Counted from the stretch's first letter, positions 36,599 to 48,586 are shown. The stretch is 64,000 bases of DNA from an uncultured Enterobacteriaceae bacterium (GCA_964457335.1 CAYWGD010000023.1:1127-65126); one strand, 5' to 3'. Program-made: numbers and translations. Notes: a model not told the origin generated them from the letters alone.

Positions 36599-37848
36599 CT
36601 GCCGACCTCGAGGACCGCGGAGCGCACGGCCTCCACCATGTGCGCGAGATCCTTCGCGTCGAGGTTGGGGTGCACCGGGAGGTGCACCTGCTCGCGCTTG
36701 ACCTGCGCCGCGTTGGCGCACGGGCGCCGGAACGTGGGGAAGAGCGGGTGATCCGAGCAGTCGTTCATGTACCCGGTGGTCGTGTCCACGCCGCGCTTGA
36801 GCAGGGCCTTCATGAGGCGCTCGCGCCGGGGGTGGTGGATCACGAAGCTCATGTAGATGGGCTCGGCGCCCTCGGGGTAGGTCGGCACGACGAGGCCGGG
36901 CACGTTGGCGAGGTGCTCGTCGAGGTAGCGGCCGTTCCGGACGCGCGCGCCGTTGAGCGCCTCGATCCGCTCGATCTGCTTCATCCCGACGGCCGCTTGC
37001 ACCGCGCGGGGGCGGCTCGTGCGGAAGCTCTTCGGGACCGCGTCGTAGAGCACCTCGGGCTCGCCGAAGCGGTCGTGGATCGGGTCCTTGCCCACGAGGT
37101 TCCCGACACGGATCGCCTGGTGGAGCGTGAAGGGGTACACGAGCGGGTTGGTCGCCACCATCATCGCGAGGCCGGTCACGGCCTCCTTCGCCGCCTTCTT
37201 GAGCTGGGCGGGGCTCGACGAGTCGATCTCGCGGCGCACGAACGACGCCACGGCGTCGTCGTTGGTCGTGATCATCGCGCCGGAGAGCGTGGTGATGTTC
37301 TTGGTGAGGCCGAAGGTGTAGTAGGCCGCGTCCCCGAGGTTGCCGACGCGGACGCCCTTGTAGCGGGCGCCGGTGGACTGGGCGCAGTCCTCGATGACCT
37401 TGATCCCGTGCTTCTTCGCGACGCGGTTGATCGCGTCCATGTCGCAGGGCGTGCCGTAGAGGTGGGTGGGGACGACCGCCTTGGTGCGCGGCGTGATCGC
37501 CTCCTCGAAGGCGGCCGGATCGAGCACGTGCGTCGTGAGCCCGATGTCGGCGAAGACCGGCTTGACCCCGGCGGTCACGGCCATCGACGGGATGGCGAAG
37601 TAGGTCAGGCCGGGGATCACGACCTCGTCGCCCGCGCCGATGCCCATCGCCTGCAGGAGCAGGTAGAAGGCGTAGCGCGCGCTCGGCGTCATGATCGCGT
37701 GCTTCGCCCCGATGTAGCTTGCGAACTCCCGCTCGAACCTGCGGACCTCCGGCTCGTCCTCCGGCTGGAGCGCGAGGTAGCGGGCCGCGACGAAGGCCTC
37801 CACCGGCGAGAAGCTGGGGCTGAAACGGGGGATTCGTCCGAGGTACAT
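36595..37848 (-). CDS. DegT/DnrJ/EryC1/StrS-family (fold type I) aminotransferase-like protein
   Basis: 417 aa. Blocks FEREFASYIGAKHAI…SARYAFYLLLQAMGIGAGDEVVIPGLTYFA…VVPTHLYGTPCDMD…VIEDCAQS…YTFGLTKNIT (putative PLP-Lys context). Confidence 0.8.
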   Translation of the reverse strand: MYLGRIPRFSPSFSPVEAFVAARYLALQPEDEPEVRRFEREFASYIGAKHAIMTPSARYAFYLLLQAMGIGAGDEVVIPGLTYFAIPSMAVTAGVKPVFADIGLTTHVLDPAAFEEAITPRTKAVVPTHLYGTPCDMDAINRVAKKHGIKVIEDCAQSTGARYKGVRVGNLGDAAYYTFGLTKNITTLSGAMITTNDDAVASFVRREIDSSSPAQLKKAAKEAVTGLAMMVATNPLVYPFTLHQAIRVGNLVGKDPIHDRFGEPEVLYDAVPKSFRTSRPRAVQAAVGMKQIERIEALNGARVRNGRYLDEHLANVPGLVVPTYPEGAEPIYMSFVIHHPRRERLMKALLKRGVDTTTGYMNDCSDHPLFPTFRRPCANAAQVKREQVHLPVHPNLDAKDLAHMVEAVRSAVLEVGR

Positions 37849-37972
37849 GGGTCTTCTGGGAGAGGGTTCGGCGGCCGGAGGGCGCGCGGTCTATGGGGTG
37901 CGGCCCGAAAGTTCAAGCTACAGTGCGGCGCCGCCCGTGTCGCGTAGCCGGGCGCACACCGGGAGAGGGTCG

Positions 37973-39919
37973 ATGGGGCCGTGGTTGCTGCTGGCGGTGG
38001 GCTGCGGCGAGCCGGTCGAGCTCCCCGACCCGACCACGGTTGGTCCGGCGCCCCCGACCCGCGCGCTCGTGCTCGTCGTGGACGGGGTGCGCACGGACGA
38101 GCTCTGCACCACCACGCCGTCCGACGTGACGGGGATCTCCGGCGAGGAGATGGCGCCCGGCCTGTGGGCCACCGTGGCGCCCGACGGCGTCGTGTCACGC
38201 AACGCGCTCGCGACCGGCGCCACGATCACCGCCCCGGCGCACGCGGCGCTGCTCACGGGCCGGCCGGAGGCCTACGCCAACCTCGCGATGGACGGCGGAC
38301 CGGGCCTGTACCGCCCGCTCCTCCCCACGCTCTTCGAGGCGGTGCGGGAGCTCGGCGTCGGCGCCGACGAGGTCGTGCTCGCCGCCAACACCCAGCTCCT
38401 CGAGGGCCTCACGCACAGCGTGCGCTCCGAAGACGGCGCCACCTGGGCCCTCGTGCCCGACCCGGCGGACGCGAGCACGGCCTCGGACGACGCCGGCGTG
38501 CTCGACGCCGTGCGGCGCCGCATCGACGCGGGGCCGCCGCGGCTCCTCGTGGTGAACCTCCACGACGTGGACCGCGCCGGCCACCACGCCGACGCGCCCG
38601 AGTACCCGTCGCGCGTCACCGACGTGGACGCGGAGATCGCCCGCCTCTGGACCTGGATCCGCGCCGAGCACCCCGCCTACGCCGCGTCCCTGCTCTTCGT
38701 CGTGACCGCCGACCACGGCCGCCACCGCCCGGGCGGCGGCGAGGCGTGGCGCAACCACGGCGACGCCTGCCTGGGCTGCCGGGAGCTCCCGCTCTTTCTG
38801 GTCGGTGGAGGCGCGCTCGCCGGGACCGAGCTCGACGTGGCGCCCATCGCCGCGGACCTCACCCCCACGCTCGCCGCGCACCTCGGCGTGACGATGCCGT
38901 GGGCGACGGGGCTCCCGCTGCTCGGCGGCGCGGCGCGCACCGGCGAGATCGCGCTCTCCCGGAGCGGCGGCCTCGTCGCGACGCAGGTGTGGCGGGCGGA
39001 TCCGCTGGCGCGGAGCGAGATCGTGGTGGACGGCGCCGTCGTCTCCACGCCCGGCACGCTCGCGGCCGAGTCGCCGACGGTGCTCGACGGCGCGGTGGAC
39101 GTGGCCTGCTGGCGCGAGCTCGCGGAGGTCGACGACGCGCTCCCCTGGGTGCCGCGCTGCGCCGTCCGGGACGGCGGCTGGACCGACATCGGCTTCCCCG
39201 TCGACGAGGTCGGCCCCTTCTGGGAGGTCGCGCTGGTCGAGCGCGACGGGGCCGTGTGGGCGGCGTGGCCCGAGAACCCGCAGGGCGCCGCGGAGGCGGC
39301 CGGCACGGGGCTCGCGCTGGCGTCGTGGACCGCGGCGGCCGGCTGGTCGGCCCCCCTGCTGGTGGCCGGCGACTTCCCGACGGACGTGGCCCTCGCCTCC
39401 ACCGACGACGGCCTCGTGGCGGCCTTCGGCACGAACCTCCCCGATCCGGGCGGCCGGCACACGCGCCGCGTGCGGATCGTCGCCTTCACGGTCACGGCGG
39501 GCGTCGCGGCGGACACCGGGGCCACCGACCTCGCCGAGGACGGCGCCCGCGTCGAGCTCGGCGCGCTCGCGGCCGGGGACGGATACGTGCGGGCCGCGAT
39601 GGTCATCCTGGACGAGCACGGCGCGCGGATCGCCGCCACGAGCGGCGACGGCCGCACCTTCGGCGCCCCGGTGACCGTCCCCTCGCCGGGGGTGCCCGCC
39701 GCGCACCTCGCGCCCGCCTGGGACGGCGACGAGGTGGTCTGGGTCGCGGAGGACGCCGGCGACAGCCTCCTCTGCCGCGCCACCCCCGGGGACGCCGACG
39801 CCCGCTGCGTCTCCGTGGGGTCGCCGCGCGTGGACTCGTTCGTGGTGACGCCCGGCGGCGCGACCGTGATCCGCGACACCTCCACCGCGACCTGGGCGCG
39901 CGCCGAGGTGACGTGGTGA
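37973..39919 (+). CDS. Lipoprotein: type I phosphodiesterase/nucleotide pyrophosphatase (alkaline-phosphatase superfamily) domain + C-terminal BNR/propeller-like domain
   Basis: gggagaggg RBS and lipobox LLLAVGC. VLVVDGVRTDE, ITAPAHAALLTGR (Thr-x-Pro-x-His…TG, NPP-type nucleophile motif), VVNLHDVDRAGHH, VVTADHGRH. The C-terminal half has W-rich propeller-like repeats. Confidence 0.75.
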   Translation: MGPWLLLAVGCGEPVELPDPTTVGPAPPTRALVLVVDGVRTDELCTTTPSDVTGISGEEMAPGLWATVAPDGVVSRNALATGATITAPAHAALLTGRPEAYANLAMDGGPGLYRPLLPTLFEAVRELGVGADEVVLAANTQLLEGLTHSVRSEDGATWALVPDPADASTASDDAGVLDAVRRRIDAGPPRLLVVNLHDVDRAGHHADAPEYPSRVTDVDAEIARLWTWIRAEHPAYAASLLFVVTADHGRHRPGGGEAWRNHGDACLGCRELPLFLVGGGALAGTELDVAPIAADLTPTLAAHLGVTMPWATGLPLLGGAARTGEIALSRSGGLVATQVWRADPLARSEIVVDGAVVSTPGTLAAESPTVLDGAVDVACWRELAEVDDALPWVPRCAVRDGGWTDIGFPVDEVGPFWEVALVERDGAVWAAWPENPQGAAEAAGTGLALASWTAAAGWSAPLLVAGDFPTDVALASTDDGLVAAFGTNLPDPGGRHTRRVRIVAFTVTAGVAADTGATDLAEDGARVELGALAAGDGYVRAAMVILDEHGARIAATSGDGRTFGAPVTVPSPGVPAAHLAPAWDGDEVVWVAEDAGDSLLCRATPGDADARCVSVGSPRVDSFVVTPGGATVIRDTSTATWARAEVTW

Positions 39920-41934
39920 GGCGCCTCCTCCCGCTCGTGCTGCTCACCGGCTGCAACGGCTGCACCGTCGAGGATCCCCTCCCCCCGACCGTGATCGTGC
40001 TCGTGCTCGACGGCGTCCGCACCGACGAGTTCTCGACGGCGACGGCCTCCGACCTCACCGGCGTCCCCGGCGAGGAGTACGCCGACGAGACGTGGCGCAC
40101 GCTGGTGGGCGAAGGCACCGTCCAGCGCGCCGCGCTCAACCCGGGCATCACGATCACCGCCCCCGCGCACGCCGCGATGGTGATCGGCCGCGAAGAGCCC
40201 TTCGCCAACTTCCCCGTCGACACCGCGCTCGGCGCGGGGCTCTACATCCCCGAGCTCCCGACGATCTTCGAGGAGGCGCGCGCCCAGCTCGACCTGGAGG
40301 AGGACGAGGTCGTGTTCCTCGCGAACACCGAGCTCCTCCTCCCGCTCCAGTCGAGCCTCTTCCCCGGGTACGCGGGCGGGGCCCGCTACGACCTGCTCAT
40401 CGACGAGAAGAAGGACGCCCCGGTCAACGACGACGAGCCCGTCATGGAGGCGCTGCTCGAGCTCCTCGACAGCCGGCCCCGGCTCGTGGTGGTGAACCTC
40501 CACGACGTGGACCGCGCCGGCCACTACGGCGACGGCGACGCCTACATCGACGACGTCGACAAGATCGACGGGCTCCTCGCCGACTTCTGGCAGGCCGTGG
40601 AGCGCGACCACCCCGCGCTCCGCGAGAACCTGCTCCTCGTCGTGACCGCCGACCACGGCCGCCACCGCCACGACGAGCACGACGGCTGGCACAACCACGG
40701 CGACACCTGCACCGGCTGCCGCGAGGTGCCGCTCCTCGTCCTGGGCCCCGCCAAGGCCGGCGAGGAGCGGGACGACACCGTCGTGAACATCGACCTCGCG
40801 CCCACGATCGCCGCGCACCTCGGCTTCGACCTGCCGTGGGCGGAGGGCCTCCCCTGGGTCGAGGCCTTCGACGGGCTCGACGGCGCCGCGCGCTCCGGCG
40901 AGGTCGAGGTGTCCGCGAGCGGGTCCCACGTCGCGGCCCAGGCCTGGCGCGACGACCGCGACGCGCGCAGCGAGGTGCTCGTCGACGGCGAGGTGCTCTC
41001 CACGCCGGGCACCTACGCCGCGGAGGCGCCCGTGCTCGTCGACGCGACGGACGGCGCGCGCGTGTGCTTCCGGGAGCTCGACCTCGCGACCGGCGAGGAC
41101 ACCCTCCCCTGGCGCCCGCGCTGCCTCGCGGAGGCCGACGGCGCCTGGTCCGAGATGGGCTTCCCCGACGAGGAGGTCGGGCCCTTCTTCGAGGTCGCGT
41201 TCGTCGAGCGCGACGGGCAGCTCTGGGTCGCGTGGCCGAACAACCCGCACGGGAGCTCCGACATCGGGGTCGACGGCGGGATCGGGCTCGCGATCTCGTC
41301 GTGGTCGCCCACCGGCGGCTGGACCGACCGCCTCTGGGCGCGGGCGATCTTCCCGACCGACGTGGCCGTCGCGGCGACCGACCGGGGGCTCGTGACCGCC
41401 GTGGGCACGAGCCTCGGCGACCCCGACTACCGCTACAGCCGCCGCATCCGCGTGGTCCCCGTCGACCTCTCGGGCGAGCCCTACGCCGACGAGGCGACCG
41501 ACATCACGCTCGAGGGGCTCCTCGGCGAGGGGGGCCGCCCGGAGCGCCCCGCCCTGCGCGCCGAGGGCGACCACGTCTGGCTCGCCGCGCTCGGCCACGG
41601 GGAGGTGGAGGGCGGCGTCGCGTCCATCGTGGCGACCGTCGAGAGCACCGACGGCGGGCTCAGCTGGGGCGCGCCCGCGGCGATGCCCGACGCCGGCCCG
41701 CCCTTCCCCCACCTCACGCCCGCCTGGGACGGGCCGCTCCTCGTGTGGGCGGTGGCGCCCGACGCGCTGGACGGCGAGGCCCTCCTCTGCCGCGCGGCCC
41801 CCGGGGACGCCGAAGCGGACTGCGTCGGCGTGGGCAGCGCGCGCGTGGACTCGTTCTCCGTGCAGGACGGCGTCGCGACGGTGTCGCGGGACGCGGGGGT
41901 GGGCGCCTGGGAGCGCGTCGTGGTCGCGTGGTGA
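39913..41934 (+). CDS. Lipoprotein, tandem paralog of 37973-39919 (NPP-type phosphodiesterase + BNR-like domain)
   Basis: The GTG at 39913 (or 39916) overlaps the upstream stop. Lipobox LLTGC. Same catalytic blocks (VLVLDGVRTDE, ITITAPAHAAMVIGR, VVNLHDVDRAGHY, VVTADHGRHRH). BNR-like STDGGLSWG. Confidence 0.75.
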   Translation: MVRRLLPLVLLTGCNGCTVEDPLPPTVIVLVLDGVRTDEFSTATASDLTGVPGEEYADETWRTLVGEGTVQRAALNPGITITAPAHAAMVIGREEPFANFPVDTALGAGLYIPELPTIFEEARAQLDLEEDEVVFLANTELLLPLQSSLFPGYAGGARYDLLIDEKKDAPVNDDEPVMEALLELLDSRPRLVVVNLHDVDRAGHYGDGDAYIDDVDKIDGLLADFWQAVERDHPALRENLLLVVTADHGRHRHDEHDGWHNHGDTCTGCREVPLLVLGPAKAGEERDDTVVNIDLAPTIAAHLGFDLPWAEGLPWVEAFDGLDGAARSGEVEVSASGSHVAAQAWRDDRDARSEVLVDGEVLSTPGTYAAEAPVLVDATDGARVCFRELDLATGEDTLPWRPRCLAEADGAWSEMGFPDEEVGPFFEVAFVERDGQLWVAWPNNPHGSSDIGVDGGIGLAISSWSPTGGWTDRLWARAIFPTDVAVAATDRGLVTAVGTSLGDPDYRYSRRIRVVPVDLSGEPYADEATDITLEGLLGEGGRPERPALRAEGDHVWLAALGHGEVEGGVASIVATVESTDGGLSWGAPAAMPDAGPPFPHLTPAWDGPLLVWAVAPDALDGEALLCRAAPGDAEADCVGVGSARVDSFSVQDGVATVSRDAGVGAWERVVVAW

Positions 41935-41979
41935 GCCCGGTCACGTGAAGATCGGCCCCGGAGAGGCTACAAAGGGCGC

Positions 41980-42537
41980 ATGGCCGTCCTCGAAATCCTG
42001 ACCGTCCCGAACCCCGTCCTGACGCGGAAGTGCCGGCTCGTGGGGCCCGGCGAGTTCGGCGAGGATCTCCGCACGTTCATCTCGGACCTCGCGGAGACGA
42101 TGTACGCCGCGCCGGGCGTCGGCCTCGCCGCGCCGCAAGTGGGCGATCTGCGGCGCATCATCGTGGCCGACCCGGGCAACTCCAAGCGCGAGGAGGACGA
42201 CGCCGGCCGCCCCAAGCGCCCGCGCTTCGTCGCGATGGTGAACCCGGTGATCCTCGAGGCGAGCCGCGAGAAGATCATCTGGGAGGAAGGCTGCCTCTCG
42301 GTGCCCGAGTTCAACGAGGACGTGGCCCGGCCGCGGAAGGTCCTCGTGAAGTGGCTCGACGAGACCGGCAAGTCGAACCAGCAGTGGTTCGAGGGCTACG
42401 ACGCCGTCGTGATCCAACACGAGATGGACCACCTCGAGGGCACGGTCATCCTCGACAAGGTGTCGAGCCTGAAGAAGAGCCGCTACCTCAAGAAGGCGCA
42501 GAAGGCGCGGTCGCGGGACGAGGTCTTCGCCGAGTAG
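41980..42537 (+). CDS. def: Peptide deformylase
   Basis: GVGLAAPQVG, EGCLSVP and HEMDHLEG, the three canonical PDF motifs. Confidence 0.95.
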   Translation: MAVLEILTVPNPVLTRKCRLVGPGEFGEDLRTFISDLAETMYAAPGVGLAAPQVGDLRRIIVADPGNSKREEDDAGRPKRPRFVAMVNPVILEASREKIIWEEGCLSVPEFNEDVARPRKVLVKWLDETGKSNQQWFEGYDAVVIQHEMDHLEGTVILDKVSSLKKSRYLKKAQKARSRDEVFAE

Positions 42538-42558
42538 CGGGGATAGACCCCCGCCACC

Positions 42559-43518
<960 letters not shown>

Positions 43519-43539
43519 AACCGACGCCCCGGAGCCCCC

Positions 43540-43914
43540 ATGCTGCTCGCGTTCCTGCTCGCCTGCGCCACCCCCTACGTGCCCGACGCCCACGCGAGCA
43601 GCTGCGGGTCGATCGGAGACGCGGACCTCCGCTACTACTGCCAGGAGAGCTGCGGCTCGATCTCGGACGCGGACCTGCGCTACTTCTGCAACGGCAGCTA
43701 CGGCTCCATCGGGAACGCGGACCTGCGCTACTACGGCCAGGGCAACTGCGGGTCGATCTCCGACGCCGACCTCCGCTACTACTGCCAGGGCAACTACGGC
43801 TCCATCGGGGACGCGGACCTGCGCTACTACGGGCAGAAGAGCTGCGGCTCCATCGGGAACGCGGACCTGCGCTACCTCTGCCAGTCCGGGCGGCGCTACC
43901 CGGGGAAGCGGTAG
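43540..43914 (+). CDS. Small lipoprotein made of six tandem 15-aa Cys/Tyr repeats
   Basis: Lipobox AFLLAC. Repeats of (C/Y)GSI(G/S)(D/N)ADLRY(Y/F/L)(C/G)(Q/N)xx, six copies, encoded by a 45-nt tandem repeat at about 43597-43887. Confidence 0.7.
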   Translation: MLLAFLLACATPYVPDAHASSCGSIGDADLRYYCQESCGSISDADLRYFCNGSYGSIGNADLRYYGQGNCGSISDADLRYYCQGNYGSIGDADLRYYGQKSCGSIGNADLRYLCQSGRRYPGKR

Positions 43915-43989
43915 CCGACCGTCACGGCCGCGTCTCGGGGCGCGCGGACGCCGGCGGCGTCGGCTAAAGAGGGCCGCCGAGGAGCCGTC

Positions 43990-44643
43990 ATGACCCAACG
44001 CCCGCTCGTCTCCCCGAGCATCCTCTCCGCCGACTTCGCCCGGCTCGGCGCGGAGCTCGACTCGGTCGCCTCCGCCGACTGGATCCACGTGGACGTGATG
44101 GACGGGCGCTTCGTCCCGAACATCACGATCGGGCCCCTGGTCGTCGAGGCCGCGCGCCGATCCACGAAGCTGCCGCTCGACGTGCACCTGATGATCGTCG
44201 AGCCGGACCGCTACCTCGAGGACTTCCGCAAGGCCGGCGCCGACTGGATCACCGTGCACGCCGAGGCCTGCACGCACCTGGACCGCTCGATCCAGGCGAT
44301 CAAGCAGACGGGCGCCAAGGCCGGCGTGGCGCTGAACCCGCACACGCCCGAGACGGTGCTCGACTACGTGCTCGAGGAGCTCGATCTCGTGCTGGTGATG
44401 AGCGTGAACCCGGGTTTCGGCGGGCAGTCGCTGATCGAGCGGGTGTTCCCGAAGATCGAGCGGCTGAGGCGGACGATCGACCAGCGGGGCCTGGCGACGA
44501 TCATCGAGGTGGACGGCGGCGTGAAGCCGTCGAACGCGCGCCGCTTCGTGGACGCGGGGGCCGGCGCGCTCGTCGCGGGCTCGGCGGTGTTCGGGTCGGC
44601 CGATCGCGCCGCGGCAATCCGCGCGATCCGTGGCGAAGGATAG
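43990..44643 (+). CDS. rpe: Ribulose-phosphate 3-epimerase
   Basis: [13 protein letters not shown]…[12 protein letters not shown]…HLMIVEPD…[10 protein letters not shown]…EVDGG canonical motifs. Confidence 0.95.
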   Translation: MTQRPLVSPSILSADFARLGAELDSVASADWIHVDVMDGRFVPNITIGPLVVEAARRSTKLPLDVHLMIVEPDRYLEDFRKAGADWITVHAEACTHLDRSIQAIKQTGAKAGVALNPHTPETVLDYVLEELDLVLVMSVNPGFGGQSLIERVFPKIERLRRTIDQRGLATIIEVDGGVKPSNARRFVDAGAGALVAGSAVFGSADRAAAIRAIRGEG

Positions 44644-44652
44644 GCTGAGCCC

Positions 44653-45972
44653 GTGCTGTTCCTGCTGCTCGCGTGCGACTCGCCGGAGGTCGTCGTCGAC
44701 GACCCGGCGCCCGAGGTGCCGCGCGGGCCGCCCACCGACACCTTCCCGAGCTTCTACGGGGAGGTTCCGCACAACCTCCTGGTGGTCTCGGTCGACACGT
44801 TCCGGCGCGACCAGCTCGCACGTTACGGCGGCCGGGGCGACGCGGCGTTCCTCGACCGGCTGATCGCCGAGGGCGTGCCGCTCGACGCGCACCGCACCTG
44901 CTCGAACTGGACGTTCCCCTCGGTGATGTGCGTGGTCGAGGGGATGACGAACATCGAGGCCGGCTACGCGCCGGACCTGCGGCTCCCCGGCGAGGCCCTG
45001 ATGCCGGCCACCGTGCCCACGATGGCACAGCGGCTGTCCGCGGACGGGTGGCGGACGATGCTCGTCACGTCGAACAGCTGGTTCTCGAGCGAGCACGACG
45101 CCGACCTCGGCTTCGACAGCTCCGAGCGCACCGACGACCGGCGCACGACCGCGGTGTTCGAGGCCGGCCTGGACCGGCTCCAGCAGGCGCGCGCGGAGGG
45201 GGTGGACCGCTGGTACCTGCACCTCCACATCAAGGAGCCGCACCCCGCCTACAACCCGCCCGACGACTACCTCGACGAGCTGGACGGGCTGCCCGAGCTG
45301 CCCTACGACCTCACCGACTCCGACTCGCACTACGAGGCCGGCGACGCCTGGCCCGAGATGACCGAGGAGGAGCGCGCGCAGCTGTTGGAGCAGCTCTGGA
45401 TCCGCTACCGCGCGGAGATCCGCTGGATGAGCGACCAGCTGACCGAGCAGTTCGAGGCGCTGGACCGCGCCGGCTTCCTCGACGACACGCTCGTCGTGTT
45501 CTGGACCGACCACGGCGAGCAGTTCTGGGAGCACGGCGAGCAGACCCACGCGTATGGGCTCCATGACGAGGAGAACGACGCCGTGGCGTTCTTCTGGGCC
45601 AGGAACATCGTGCCGGGCGAATGGGCGGAGCCCACCTCGCACATCGACCTCGCGCCGAGCTTGCTGGGGCTCTACGGCGTCGACGGCGCCGGCATGACCG
45701 GCGTGCCCGTCGGCGAGGCCGACCCCGCGCGCGACCTGCACTTCGTCTCGGTGGCGCGCCACGGGGTCGTGCAGTCCGTCGTCCAGGACGGCTGGAAGCT
45801 GATCTACCGCTGGGAGACCGGCGAGCGCTGGCTCTACGACACGGTGAACGACCCGCTGGAGCTCGAGGACCGCTACGCGCCCGGCGAGGAGCGGACGGCG
45901 GCGCTCGAGGCGTTGCTGCAGCCGAAGATCGAGGCCATGCAACCGTTGGCGCCGCGGCACACGCCGCTCTGA
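44653..45972 (+). CDS. Sulfatase-like (alkaline-phosphatase superfamily) lipoprotein
   Basis: GTG start and lipobox FLLLAC. LLVVSVDTFRRD, NWTFPS (Thr rather than the Cys/Ser-x-Pro-x-Arg FGly motif), HIKEPH, VFWTDHGE. Confidence 0.7.
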   Translation: MLFLLLACDSPEVVVDDPAPEVPRGPPTDTFPSFYGEVPHNLLVVSVDTFRRDQLARYGGRGDAAFLDRLIAEGVPLDAHRTCSNWTFPSVMCVVEGMTNIEAGYAPDLRLPGEALMPATVPTMAQRLSADGWRTMLVTSNSWFSSEHDADLGFDSSERTDDRRTTAVFEAGLDRLQQARAEGVDRWYLHLHIKEPHPAYNPPDDYLDELDGLPELPYDLTDSDSHYEAGDAWPEMTEEERAQLLEQLWIRYRAEIRWMSDQLTEQFEALDRAGFLDDTLVVFWTDHGEQFWEHGEQTHAYGLHDEENDAVAFFWARNIVPGEWAEPTSHIDLAPSLLGLYGVDGAGMTGVPVGEADPARDLHFVSVARHGVVQSVVQDGWKLIYRWETGERWLYDTVNDPLELEDRYAPGEERTAALEALLQPKIEAMQPLAPRHTPL

Positions 45973-46030
45973 GGACGGGCGGAAAGGCTGCGTGAGGTGC
46001 CCGGAGCGGGCGGCCGGCCCCTGGCCGGCC

Positions 46031-46125
46031 GGTCCCGGGCCGCGTCCGCGCGGACCGGGACCGAGGCCCCCCGGGCCGAGCCCCGGAGGGGACCGACCCC
46101 GCCTCCGGCGGGGGCACGCCCACCC
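46031..46125 (+). repeat. Partial/diverged copy 4 of the structured intergenic repeat
   Basis: ggtcccgggccgcg-tcc-gcgcggaccgggacc hairpin followed by gaggccccccgggccgag…gaccgaccccgcc-tcc-ggcgggg…cgccca. Collinear with the central and 3' part of copy 2, with a different but still paired stem sequence. Confidence 0.5.
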
Positions 46126-46140
46126 GCGAGCCCGCGCCGT

Positions 46141-46169
46141 GGATACAGCATCCGAGTTGCAGTTGCATC
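46141..46169 (-). promoter_or_regulatory. Candidate Fur/Zur-family operator upstream of the metal permease gene
   Basis: The reverse complement gatgcaactgcaactcggatgctgtatcc matches 48558-48586 (gttgctactgcaaccaagatgcaataaca) at 20 of 29 positions by hand alignment. It is a relatively AT-rich patch in a GC-rich intergenic region, 32 nt upstream of the GTG at 46201. Confidence 0.45.
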
Positions 46170-46200
46170 CGCCGCCGCGGCGGGTCAGGCTGGCGGCCGC

Positions 46201-48045
<1,845 letters not shown>

Positions 48046-48089
48046 TCAAGGCCGGCGCGCCTCACGCGCCGGTGCCCGCGCCGCCCTCG

Positions 48090-48536
48090 TCACCCCGACG
48101 CCTCGCAGCGGTCGCAGCGCCCGCGCAGCTGGATCGCGACCTTCCCCTGGCGCACCGCCCCCGGGACCTTGCCCGCCGGCACCGGGAGCACGAAGTCGGG
48201 GAGGCAGGCCACGTCGCCGCACTCCGTGCAGAGAAAATGCGGGTGCTCGTCGTCGCCGTGCGCGCGGTCGGGCCCCGCCGCGAGCTCGTAGCGCCAGACG
48301 TGGTCACCGAGGTCCACGCGGCGCAGGATCCCGACCTCCGTGAGGTCGACGAGGTTGCGGTAGAGCGTGGCGCGGTCCCAGCCGTCTTCCGCGAGCGCGG
48401 CCGTGATCTCGGGGTGGCTCGACGCGCTCGCGCGACCGCTCAGGATGCGGAGCACCGCCACGCGGGCCGCGGTCGCGCGGAGGCCCGCGGCGCGGAGGCG
48501 CTCGCGGAGGTCGGCGTCGGACGCGGTGTCGGACAC
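48090..48536 (-). CDS. Fur-family transcriptional regulator (Zur-like)
   Basis: GTG 48536 with caggag upstream. LRATAARVAVLRIL…ATLYRNLVDLTEVGILRRV…HPHFLCTECG…CDRC (winged helix plus two CxxC pairs). Confidence 0.85.
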   Translation of the reverse strand: MSDTASDADLRERLRAAGLRATAARVAVLRILSGRASASSHPEITAALAEDGWDRATLYRNLVDLTEVGILRRVDLGDHVWRYELAAGPDRAHGDDEHPHFLCTECGDVACLPDFVLPVPAGKVPGAVRQGKVAIQLRGRCDRCEASG

Positions 48537-48557
48537 GTGGCTCCTGGACGGACGGGC

Positions 48558-48586
48558 AACCGGGCGTGTTGCTACTGCAACCAAGA
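48558..48586 (+). promoter_or_regulatory. Candidate Fur/Zur-family operator in the divergent zur-like/lipoprotein intergenic region
   Basis: Imperfect palindrome gttgc-tact-gcaac plus gatgcaataac. Matches 20 of 29 positions with the site upstream of the permease gene. Confidence 0.45.

Noticed and set aside
34353-41934. Radical SAM genes as anaerobic sulfatase-maturating enzymes for the neighbouring alkaline-phosphatase-superfamily lipoproteins
   Set aside because: The lipoproteins have the Thr-x-Pro-x-His NPP-type nucleophile motif, not the Cys/Ser-x-Pro-x-Arg formylglycine motif that anSME enzymes modify.
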